Assembly: GCA_021324735.1 (NCBI GenBank)
Contig: JAJPIO010000006.1
Span: 15,667-79,666 of the forward strand
Direction: 5' to 3'
From: Bacteroidota bacterium
GTDB taxonomy: Bacteria; Bacteroidota; Ignavibacteria; Palsa-1295
DNA length: 64,000 nt
Notes under the pieces: model-generated
What the model was told of the DNA's origin: nothing
Databases searched by the model: none
Seen by the model: only the letters and a program-made list of their open reading frames with translations
Shown here: positions 17,586-26,632 of the stretch, piece after piece
How the letters are laid out: the number at the start of each line of letters is the position of its first letter
Position numbering within the stretch: the stretch's first letter is position 1
Program-made: the position numbers and the translations under genes

Positions 17586-19382
17586 CGTTTGGGACTTGCC
17601 CTCCGAAGATATTCGTAAGAAATATACTCCCGATATTTCTTGCGGTAATAGTACTTCCGATCCGCCGCTACCTTGAATTGTTTGATCGAAGCAGGTGCTG
17701 CCAAGAAGATTGAGCAGTTCAATTCGTACCGGCCCAAGATCAGTTAACGTTACGCTCAGTCTTTTTCCGATCAGGGAGAATTGTATCTTACTCTGGACGG
17801 GGTTCTCGGTGACCTTTGAGAGTGGCGCTAATGAGATAGATACGTTGTGAGAGTTTGTTTTGTGGATCACTGCAATCCCACCTGTCGCAAGAGGCCGCCA
17901 CGACCACCCATCTGCTCCGAGAATGTCCGAACTTACTCCGGAAAATAGTGGCAGGGCGCCCGTATCGATTGTAATAACGGAAGGCTCATTCGGCAAGCGG
18001 ATAAGCTCCGTCGAGTTAGTGTCCCACGTAGTATATTTTAGCGTGCCGCTCGAAAGGTCAACGGTAGTAACGACCGAACTCGATCGCAGAATATGAGGAG
18101 CGTCTGCTGGAGCCAGCACCGGATCTGCTGCCATCGCATTCAAATAATGACGTACATAATCGCCGTAGCCATCCGTAAACCAAACGTAGTCAAACGGATA
18201 ACGGTTGGAGCCATCGGAATCGACAGAATAGGTTGCCCAATTAAGCTGGAGAATAGACTCAGCCACTCGGGAAGTGTCGCCGGTTGCTTCGGCATAGAGC
18301 AGCTCGGTGGCAGCATAATCTGCCGTATGGCTATTACCGACCACCATATATTGCGTCTGCTCCATGATGGGATAGACGTTATAGTCGGACCAATCAGAAT
18401 CAGCGAAGGTAGTATAGGTCCAGTCTAAAACGGCACGAGCATGTTGCTGCCATTGGGGATCGCGCTCGGGATGAGCGATTAAATATCGCACGAACGCAGT
18501 AGCGTTGATCTGGGTATTGCTATATCCAACGACATCCTCATAGAACGGTCCCCATTCCTCCGTTTGTACAGGCGCGGTTAGTAACCAGTTGAATAATAAC
18601 GAATCGGCGTGCAACAGTGTACCGGAAGTATCTAACCCCATTCCAGAAAGACGCTCGAACAACTGCATCGTGGGCGTCCAGTTGGTAGTGTAAGGATTAG
18701 AAGTTTCGAGATCGGGAAGTTCGCCGGTTAATGCGTAAACACGGAATGGCATGGGCGATGTAGCCGTGTCCCCTATTTGTGTGTGATATGCTAAGGTAGT
18801 CGCAATGCCGGAAGCAATTCGTAAATAGGTAGAATCGCCGGTCATCTCGAATAGCGTTATTAATTGATTGCCGAACGACCCCGCTTTATCCGGCTGCAGG
18901 TAGCCTTCTCCGGCGATAAGGTCACCATCATATATAGCGTTGGCGGTAGTATTGCAGGGATACGGAAGATTTGACCAGTCGGCGATTGCTTGGGAAAGCG
19001 GACTTTGAAGATACGTTTCGGCTATCATCCTCATATTATCAACGATGCGCCTATCACCTGTATAGGCATAGAGCCGTGACCAAGAGTCGAGGATCATCGC
19101 AAACTCGTCGCCTGCGATGCCAAGATGATCGGTAGTATCGTCCCAGGTTCGATAGACCATATAGATCGGAGCACCACCGGGACACGTATCGACCGTTCGC
19201 CAAAAATCCCATAAACGATGGAGGCAATAATCGTAAGAAATGGCAGGATCGTCCGTCACCCATGGCAAAATATTACCATTAAGATCGGTCCGGACGTCGT
19301 GATCGCCTAACGACTGGGAAAACCCGGACGAAAAAGCGGCGACTAACAAAAAAATGGCAAAAACAGCCTCTCTTAGCCCCAC
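17562..19382 (-). CDS. T9SS C-terminal-domain secreted protein (alpha-rich catalytic-like body, function unknown)
   Basis: 606 aa with a signal peptide. The C-terminus KVTENPVQSKIQFSL...GVYFLRISSEGKSQTQKVVLGL is a T9SS sorting domain. Confidence 0.7.
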   Translation of the reverse strand: MGLREAVFAIFLLVAAFSSGFSQSLGDHDVRTDLNGNILPWVTDDPAISYDYCLHRLWDFWRTVDTCPGGAPIYMVYRTWDDTTDHLGIAGDEFAMILDSWSRLYAYTGDRRIVDNMRMIAETYLQSPLSQAIADWSNLPYPCNTTANAIYDGDLIAGEGYLQPDKAGSFGNQLITLFEMTGDSTYLRIASGIATTLAYHTQIGDTATSPMPFRVYALTGELPDLETSNPYTTNWTPTMQLFERLSGMGLDTSGTLLHADSLLFNWLLTAPVQTEEWGPFYEDVVGYSNTQINATAFVRYLIAHPERDPQWQQHARAVLDWTYTTFADSDWSDYNVYPIMEQTQYMVVGNSHTADYAATELLYAEATGDTSRVAESILQLNWATYSVDSDGSNRYPFDYVWFTDGYGDYVRHYLNAMAADPVLAPADAPHILRSSSVVTTVDLSSGTLKYTTWDTNSTELIRLPNEPSVITIDTGALPLFSGVSSDILGADGWSWRPLATGGIAVIHKTNSHNVSISLAPLSKVTENPVQSKIQFSLIGKRLSVTLTDLGPVRIELLNLLGSTCFDQTIQGSGGSEVLLPQEISGVYFLRISSEGKSQTQKVVLGL

Positions 19383-19706
19383 GTGAAGATACCTTTTCCT
19401 ATAGAGTCTTAACGGTCCTAATAGTTGAACCCGCAGAAGACAATATTATCACACAAATCAGATTCTTAATTTGACGGATATATTACCATAACATGAAATC
19501 AAAGCCAATTAGTTAATTTTGCAAAACCTTATACGAGACACTGCGTTCTTCTATCGGTAAGTAATTTTACGCCTGAGAAGAAAAGACTGTTGCTGTCTTG
19601 CGTCGTACCTCGAGCTACTTCCACAAAAATCGCACAAATTTACACGAAGTCCCAATGGCACAGAAATGAACTGTGCCGGGACATGATATGACCTGATCCC
19701 TTTATT

Positions 19707-22163
19707 ATGCGGCGTTTCCCCTTCCTGTTCTCACTACTTCCCTTTTTCGTTATTTCGCTTTCCTTTTTCGTTTCGTCGTTGTCTTCGGTCTGTTATGGGC
19801 AAGCTTCGGCCAATCCGGCTCAGCACACCTTGCGGTTCGATTCGAACGGGTACATTCGCGCCAATATGGTAGCCCGTGGCGATACGGCTTATACGGTCGA
19901 GTGCTGGGTCAAACCGGACGCAAAAGACCAAAAAGCTCGCATTTTTTCGTTTGCCGCTTCGGATACGGTCATGTCCTATGGATTGTACATGCACAATGGT
20001 ACCGGCAGACCAGGGATGTGCGCCTCGATCTCCCTTCGCGATCCCGATAATAACTTATGGAATAACTGTGTAACGGGGACTACCGCGCGTCTTCGTTCCG
20101 ACCGATGGACTCATGTTGCTCTTACGCGTAGTGGCCTCATCTGGAAGCTCTATCGGAATGGCGAATATGTCGGTTATGCCTCACGCCCAGTCGGTACTCC
20201 GGCATTCAAGGTCTTGATCGGCAAGCACTTTTCGGGTAAGATCGCGGACCTGCGCGTCTGGACGGTTGCCCGCTCCCAGGATTCGATCCGCTCTCGAATG
20301 TATACACGGCTTTCCGCCAATGAACCGGGATTGCTCATCTACTATGACGGATCGGTCCGCGCGTATGGAAGTAAAATTTGCAATGCTTCGAAACTGGGTA
20401 ATCCGGATTCGCTCGATGGCGTATTAACCGGCAATGTGGTCGTTGATTCGATCTCAAACGATGCTCCTCCGCTGCGAATGTCGGTACCGAACATTACGAT
20501 ACTGAGCATGCCGCGTCCGCTCCAATTTTTCGCACGGGACGCAAACGATTCGGCACATATTACGATCGCTGGTACTGCTAGAAGTGGGGTGTACGATAGT
20601 GCCATTGTAGAGATCGAACGAAACGACACACTCGTTCGGACCTTACGATCGCATTTGGACGAGTCAATGTCGTTTCAATTAACGGCGTCCATTCATGCCG
20701 AGCTTTCGCAATATTCTCTTCGACTGTTGCTAAAACACGGTGATACGACGTGGGTGGTACGGGAAGCGAACGACCTCGTGTGTGGCGATGCCTTCCTTGT
20801 TACCGGCCAGTCGAACTCCCATCCCGCCGATACCGCCATCATTCAGCAATCCCCATATCTGCGGACGTTCGGTGTACAGACCACGAATTCCAATCTCGAT
20901 CCCTATGATCCAGCCGATACATTATGGGGAATCGCTAACGGTCATGGGTTTGGTCAGACGCTTTCGGGTCCGTATTTAACAGGTGTGTGGGGATATCATA
21001 TTCAGGAACGGTTGATGCAAAAGTATCACCTCCCTATCTTCATTCTTAATGGAGGCGCCGGCAACTCGACGATCGAAGCGAACCTCCCGCCAGGCGACCC
21101 CACAGATCTCAAAACGATCTACGGCCGTACCCGATATCGTGCCCTCAAGAGCGGCCTCGATAATTACTTCAAAGCGATCTTTTGGTACCAGGGCGAATCG
21201 AATACGATCTCGAACTACTATAAGAATTTCCAGACCTTATACAGCGGTTGGTTGGCACATTATCCCAATGCGAAGAAATTCTATGTGTTTCAGGTGCGGC
21301 CAAGCTGGTGCGGAGCCGGACTAACCGGCGCACTTCGCAACCTTCAACGTACCCTGGCCGATAGCCTGCCGAACATTCGTGTTATGTCCACTGCCAGCAC
21401 GCCGGGACATAATGGATGCCATTTTAGTGCTGATGGCTATATCGCTATTGGCGAATCGATCCTTCCCTGGGTCGAGCATGATTTTTACGGCGGTACCGAT
21501 ACAGTAAATGCCGATGCACCGATGATCAAATCGGCGGCGTTCACCACAGTAAAACGCAATTGTATTGCTCTTACATTTAAAGGCAATAATCTCGGGCTTC
21601 ACATCATTGGCGATACATTAGCCTCAGGAGAATCCCTAAAGAATTACATCTTTCTGGATAGTACGCAAGCTTCGATCCAGTCGGTCACGATCTCGCAGGA
21701 CACGGTCTATCTTAATCTGAGTGGCCCGAGCAGCGCAACTTCCGTTACGTACTTGCCCGAGCAATATTTCAACGGAACGATCAAGACCTATGAAGGCCCC
21801 ACCATCGTTAACTCACGAAATATTGGGATCTTCACTTTCTATAAAGTGCGGATCAGCATTCCTCCTACTCCGCAAAATAGCGATGTCGACCAGGTATTCC
21901 CGAGCGACTTTGAAGTGTATCCGAATCCATTCTCGAGTAAGTTACATATCCACTTCAGCCTGCACGATTTTTCTTTCATCGACTTAACCCTTATTGACGC
22001 CGTTGGGAGAAGCATCTCGAATATTTATCACGGTGAATTCGAGCCGGGCACCCATACCTTAGAGTGGAGCTTGCAAGACCATTTGCCAAATCAAGCACTG
22101 TTCCTGCGCTTTTCGGTGGGCGGTGTTTCGAAAACGATCCGCCTCCTTCAGCACGAAGATTAA
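19707..22163 (+). CDS. T9SS secreted protein: LamG/concanavalin-like domain + SGNH/DUF303 sialate-O-acetylesterase-like carbohydrate esterase domain
   Basis: LamG-like N-terminal region (YTVECWVKPD...LRVW). GQSN motif in LVTGQSNSHPAD, typical of the SASA/DUF303 esterase family. C-terminal FEVYPNPFSSKLHIHF...TIRLLQHED is a T9SS CTD. Confidence 0.72.
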   Translation: MRRFPFLFSLLPFFVISLSFFVSSLSSVCYGQASANPAQHTLRFDSNGYIRANMVARGDTAYTVECWVKPDAKDQKARIFSFAASDTVMSYGLYMHNGTGRPGMCASISLRDPDNNLWNNCVTGTTARLRSDRWTHVALTRSGLIWKLYRNGEYVGYASRPVGTPAFKVLIGKHFSGKIADLRVWTVARSQDSIRSRMYTRLSANEPGLLIYYDGSVRAYGSKICNASKLGNPDSLDGVLTGNVVVDSISNDAPPLRMSVPNITILSMPRPLQFFARDANDSAHITIAGTARSGVYDSAIVEIERNDTLVRTLRSHLDESMSFQLTASIHAELSQYSLRLLLKHGDTTWVVREANDLVCGDAFLVTGQSNSHPADTAIIQQSPYLRTFGVQTTNSNLDPYDPADTLWGIANGHGFGQTLSGPYLTGVWGYHIQERLMQKYHLPIFILNGGAGNSTIEANLPPGDPTDLKTIYGRTRYRALKSGLDNYFKAIFWYQGESNTISNYYKNFQTLYSGWLAHYPNAKKFYVFQVRPSWCGAGLTGALRNLQRTLADSLPNIRVMSTASTPGHNGCHFSADGYIAIGESILPWVEHDFYGGTDTVNADAPMIKSAAFTTVKRNCIALTFKGNNLGLHIIGDTLASGESLKNYIFLDSTQASIQSVTISQDTVYLNLSGPSSATSVTYLPEQYFNGTIKTYEGPTIVNSRNIGIFTFYKVRISIPPTPQNSDVDQVFPSDFEVYPNPFSSKLHIHFSLHDFSFIDLTLIDAVGRSISNIYHGEFEPGTHTLEWSLQDHLPNQALFLRFSVGGVSKTIRLLQHED

Positions 22164-22321
22164 CGCCTTCCTTTCACTCGTTTCTGTATCAATGCAGATA
22201 CGGGGCTATTCTATAGCCACACATCGAAGATCGCCTGCTTCGATTGCGTATTTTTGAATGATATATAACGTTAGCGTTAAGCACGCATTTGTGTTAGTTC
22301 GTCTCCAATCTGGTATTAGTA

Positions 22322-23596
22322 ATGGAAGTTCGCTCGCCCGAAAGTATTGCACGGCATTCGGTTATTAGTAATCTGCTAAGCGCAGCAGTTGTCGTCTCTG
22401 CGCTTGGATATTTCGTCGACATCTACGATCTGGTCCTGTTCTCGATCATTCGAGTACCCAGCCTTCAATCGCTCGGACTGAAAGGCTCGGCAATACTGGA
22501 CACGGGCATTTATCTTCTCAATGTACAGATGGCCGGCATGCTGCTCGGCGGAATTGCATGGGGAATTCTCGGTGATAAGAAAGGCCGGCTTTCCGTACTC
22601 TTCGGCTCTATCCTCCTTTACTCGCTTGCCAATATCGCCAATGGATTTGTACAGACCGTCGAACAATATGCGGTACTGCGTTTCATTGCCGGGCTGGGTC
22701 TTGCCGGCGAACTTGGTGCGGGTGTTACCCTCGTCTCGGAATTACTGCCTAAAGAATATCGTGGTTACGGCACTGCGCTCATCACTTCAGTGGGCGTTGC
22801 CGGCGCTACCTTAGCATGGTTCATCGCTCAGGAGTTTGGATGGCAAACCTGTTTTTGGATCGGTGGCGGATTGGGCTTAGTGCTTCTCATTTTAAGGATC
22901 GGCATTTTGGAGTCTGGCATGTTCGTCAAGGTAGCGGCAACGACGGTTCGTCGCGGCAGTTTCTTCTCGCTCTTCACCAGCCGCTCTCGATTCACAAAAT
23001 ATCTGCGGTGTATCTTGATCGGACTGCCTACCTGGTACCTCGTCGGTATCCTGATGACATTAGCTCCGGAGCTTTCCAAAGCTCTCGATGTGACTGGAAA
23101 TATTTCCGGTGGTGAATCGATCTTCTGGTTCTATATTGGGCTTACGATTGGCAATCTTGCGAGCGGCGTTATCAGCCAACTCTTAAAAAGCCGTCGAAAA
23201 GTGGTGCTGATCTTCCTCGTAAGTACTGCGACATTTGTTGGGGCTTACTTTTTACAGCATGGCACAACACCTGAAATATTCTACAGTATATGTCTCTTCA
23301 TGGGCATTTCGAGCGGATACTGGGCGCTCTTCGTAACGATCGCCGCCGAACAATTTGGCACGAACGTTCGCGCCACGGTCGCGACGACGGTACCCAATTT
23401 TGTACGTGGCGCGCTTGTACCAATAGCGCTCGTCTTTCAGTGGATGAAGGGCATTCTGGCCTCAAGTTACTCTTCCAGTCAAGCACTTATTTATTCGGGA
23501 GTGATCGTGGGAGTTGTTACGATCGGCATTGCACTCTTTGCACTATCCGGTTTGCACGAAACGTTCGGGAAGGACCTGGATTACGTCGAGACCTAA
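22322..23596 (+). CDS. MFS transporter (12-TM), paralog 1
   Basis: 424 aa, hydrophobic throughout, with MFS-like loop motifs (GILGDKKGRLSV). Nearly identical N-terminal half to the next gene. Confidence 0.85.
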   Translation: MEVRSPESIARHSVISNLLSAAVVVSALGYFVDIYDLVLFSIIRVPSLQSLGLKGSAILDTGIYLLNVQMAGMLLGGIAWGILGDKKGRLSVLFGSILLYSLANIANGFVQTVEQYAVLRFIAGLGLAGELGAGVTLVSELLPKEYRGYGTALITSVGVAGATLAWFIAQEFGWQTCFWIGGGLGLVLLILRIGILESGMFVKVAATTVRRGSFFSLFTSRSRFTKYLRCILIGLPTWYLVGILMTLAPELSKALDVTGNISGGESIFWFYIGLTIGNLASGVISQLLKSRRKVVLIFLVSTATFVGAYFLQHGTTPEIFYSICLFMGISSGYWALFVTIAAEQFGTNVRATVATTVPNFVRGALVPIALVFQWMKGILASSYSSSQALIYSGVIVGVVTIGIALFALSGLHETFGKDLDYVET

Positions 23597-23691
23597 ATTC
23601 GCCCATCCTATTCACCATTCATCACTCACCGTTCACCATTCATCAATAATCATTCTCTCCTGGTTCGTTTGTATTTTTGTAGTGTCTTCCT

Positions 23692-24954
23692 ATGGATATT
23701 CTCGCTCCCGAACGACCTAATATTCGCGCTCTCTTTAGCGCCGCGGTTATCGTCTCTTCCCTCGGATATTTCGTCGATATTTACGATCTCGTTCTCTTTT
23801 CGATCATTAGGGTGCCGAGCCTCAAGTCGATCGGCCTTTCGGGAAGCGCGCTTTTAGATACCGGTATCTATCTCCTCAATGTACAAATGGCTGGCATGCT
23901 GCTTGGCGGGATCGCATGGGGCATCCTCGGGGATAAGAAGGGGCGTCTCTCCGTCCTCTTCGGTTCGATCGTACTGTATTCCCTTGCCAACATTGCCAAC
24001 GGCTTTGTGCAATCGGTCGGGCAATATGCCGTGCTTCGATTCATTGCTGGTATCGGACTGGCTGGTGAATTAGGCGCCGGAGTAACGCTCGTTAGCGAAC
24101 TTCTGCCAAAAGAAGTCCGTGGTTATGGTACCGCGATGATAACGGCGGTGGGTATGGCAGGTGCGCTGCTCGCCTGGACGATCGCCAATAACTTTGGATG
24201 GCAAACGTGCTTCTTTATTGGCGGTGCGCTTGGACTATTATTGCTGACACTTCGCTTTGGCGTCCTCGAATCCAGCATGTTTGAAAAGATGGCGTCGATC
24301 GATGTGACTCGTGGTCGGATCATTAGTCTCTTCACCGATCGTCGGCGCTTCGGAAAGTACATCCGCTGTATTCTCATCGGTTTGCCGACTTGGTATCTCA
24401 TCGGTATACTCATGACCTTTGCGCCTGAATTTGGCAAAGCACTCGGAGTAACAGGCGCTGTAACGGGTGGCGAAGCGATCTTCTGGTATTACCTCGGGCA
24501 GGTCTTTGGCGATATAACGAGCGGCACGTTAAGCCAGGTGATGAGGAGTCGTAAAAAAGTACTTCTCATGTTCCTGGTCGCTGTCGGTGTATTCGCGACG
24601 GTGTACTTTATGCAGGGTGCAACAACACCGCAAATGTTCTACGCTATCTGCGCGATACTCGGCGTCTCCAATGGATATTGGGCCCTCTTCGTAACCATAG
24701 CGGCGGAGCAGTTCGGCACGAACCTAAGGAATACCGTCGCAACCACGGTGCCGAACTTTGTCCGTGGCGCGCTCGTCCCGATCAATCTTCTCTTTCTGTG
24801 GCTTCGTGAGACAGTGTTTGCGAATCTGCCGGGTAATCAGGCATTGATCTATGCCGGTGTCATCGTTGGTAGCTTGACGCTAATCATCGCAATCCTTTCG
24901 CTTTCGGGCCTGGATGAGACCTTCGGCAAAGAGCTGGATTATATGGAATTGTAG
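23692..24954 (+). CDS. MFS transporter (12-TM), paralog 2 (tandem duplicate)
   Basis: 420 aa, roughly 75-80% identical to 22322-23596 (e.g. GYFVDIYDLVLFSIIRVPSL...GILGDKKGRLSVLFGSI). Confidence 0.85.
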   Translation: MDILAPERPNIRALFSAAVIVSSLGYFVDIYDLVLFSIIRVPSLKSIGLSGSALLDTGIYLLNVQMAGMLLGGIAWGILGDKKGRLSVLFGSIVLYSLANIANGFVQSVGQYAVLRFIAGIGLAGELGAGVTLVSELLPKEVRGYGTAMITAVGMAGALLAWTIANNFGWQTCFFIGGALGLLLLTLRFGVLESSMFEKMASIDVTRGRIISLFTDRRRFGKYIRCILIGLPTWYLIGILMTFAPEFGKALGVTGAVTGGEAIFWYYLGQVFGDITSGTLSQVMRSRKKVLLMFLVAVGVFATVYFMQGATTPQMFYAICAILGVSNGYWALFVTIAAEQFGTNLRNTVATTVPNFVRGALVPINLLFLWLRETVFANLPGNQALIYAGVIVGSLTLIIAILSLSGLDETFGKELDYMEL

Positions 24955-25032
24955 CTGTCGAACGAGTGCAACTTTAATTAGGCGGCACTTGTCCGATAGG
25001 TAAGGGCATATCTCTCAAACGCCCGTTGTGTC

Positions 25033-26631
25033 ATGTTACAAAGGATCACTCTCGGCCTGGTAAGGCATTTGGTCGTCCTTACCACCGTTTCCGTCTTCTT
25101 CTGTGCTAATAGCGTTGCACAAACCGCTACCTGGACAAAGGTTTGTCAGCTAAATACTTCCGGGTACGTTACTTCGGCGTACTTTTTTAATTCCACCTCT
25201 GGGCTTATCGGTTATTATGGGACCGGTTATTCATCCCCCATTCTTCGCACCACCGACGGTGGACTTACATGGCTGCCAACCGTTTCACCGACTGCATCGG
25301 GTACCCCCTGGATTACTGACATTTGGTTTATGAACGATCGTGTTGGTTGGGCAACGATGATCTACGCCGCTACGACACCATCCTACCTTTGGAAGACCAC
25401 CGATGGTGGACTGACCTGGTCCCCAACCGGTTTTCCCACCAAGAATCCTTCCGGCGTTCGAGCGACGAACCGTGCTCTTTGTGTCACTCAGTATCAAGGG
25501 GCTGGTATTTCCGTTTCGACAGACCAGGGAGCAACATTCAGCGCATTCTTTGGTAATAATAAAGATCATCTTGGTTTCGTCGATAGCCTGCATGGTGCAG
25601 CAACCGGCTTCCGTGACGAATTTTACTATACCAGCGATGGTGGATTAACCTGGCAGCAATCACCCACCAGTATTAAGAATGAGTGTTGGGGTATTTATGG
25701 AATGCCTGGAAGCACGGTGTTTGTCGCTGCACATGAAGCTCCGGGAGGTGGAATGGCGAGCATCTTCCGTTCTTTGGACTATGGAATGGATTGGGTACAG
25801 ATAGTAAATGCACCCAATGCACTTACCGGTGGAATAGGCGGGAATGGTAAATTCCTATACATTCAAACGCTATCAAAAGGCTTCTACATTTCTGTAGATA
25901 GTGGAATGACCTGGACACCTATCAACGGTCCGTCCAATCAGCTTGACTCCCGCTTTGCGGTGATCGATTGCGCGATCTATGCATTCGATCACGTTGGTGG
26001 GGTATATGTCGCGACCAATGTAACTGGCATCCATTCTATCTGCGGAATAAAGCAGGTCGATCTTGTGGCTTCCCCTTGTAGCGTGGCAAGAAACATCGAG
26101 TATTTGGACAATACGATGGTCGATAGCATCGATATTATCGATCTCAGCCTCATCGATTCCTCCGTGCCACCCGCTATTGCAGGTTCTCTTTCGATCGATA
26201 GTTTGCCTAAATTAGTAAACACTATTCCTCCCGGACGTTCGATGGGTTACATCCTGCGTTGGGCGCCGAGCTCGTTACGTGATACCGGACTTTATGGAGC
26301 TAATCTTCGCCTGATCTATCGAGATCATAACACCCAAACGCTCGATACCACCACCATCACCGTTAGCCTCACGGGACAAGCAGCTAAAGTACAGATCAGT
26401 ACTCCAAAGCGCTTTGCAACTCCCAGGCTCCCTTCCTGTAAAGGAATCGATACCACCCTTCTATTTCAAAATCGGAGTTGCGATACGCTGACGATCAAAA
26501 GCGCGTGGCTTACAAAAGATAAAGAGTGGCTGATAAGTGATACTTCCGGTCGCAGCTTGACATTTCCGATCTTGTTGCCCCCCCGATTCCGTCCTACAAA
26601 TACCTCTTCGATATTTACCATCCACGGCTAA
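25033..26631 (+). CDS. BNR/Asp-box repeat beta-propeller protein, N-terminal part of a frameshifted large T9SS cargo gene
   Basis: Signal peptide. Four S/T-x-D-x-G-x-T-W Asp-box repeats (TTDGGLTWLPT, TTDGGLTWSPT, TSDGGLTWQQS, SVDSGMTWTPI). It ends 1 nt before the next ORF in the +1 frame, immediately after a C7 run at 26578-26584. Confidence 0.7.
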   Translation: MLQRITLGLVRHLVVLTTVSVFFCANSVAQTATWTKVCQLNTSGYVTSAYFFNSTSGLIGYYGTGYSSPILRTTDGGLTWLPTVSPTASGTPWITDIWFMNDRVGWATMIYAATTPSYLWKTTDGGLTWSPTGFPTKNPSGVRATNRALCVTQYQGAGISVSTDQGATFSAFFGNNKDHLGFVDSLHGAATGFRDEFYYTSDGGLTWQQSPTSIKNECWGIYGMPGSTVFVAAHEAPGGGMASIFRSLDYGMDWVQIVNAPNALTGGIGGNGKFLYIQTLSKGFYISVDSGMTWTPINGPSNQLDSRFAVIDCAIYAFDHVGGVYVATNVTGIHSICGIKQVDLVASPCSVARNIEYLDNTMVDSIDIIDLSLIDSSVPPAIAGSLSIDSLPKLVNTIPPGRSMGYILRWAPSSLRDTGLYGANLRLIYRDHNTQTLDTTTITVSLTGQAAKVQISTPKRFATPRLPSCKGIDTTLLFQNRSCDTLTIKSAWLTKDKEWLISDTSGRSLTFPILLPPRFRPTNTSSIFTIHG

Positions 26632-26632
26632 C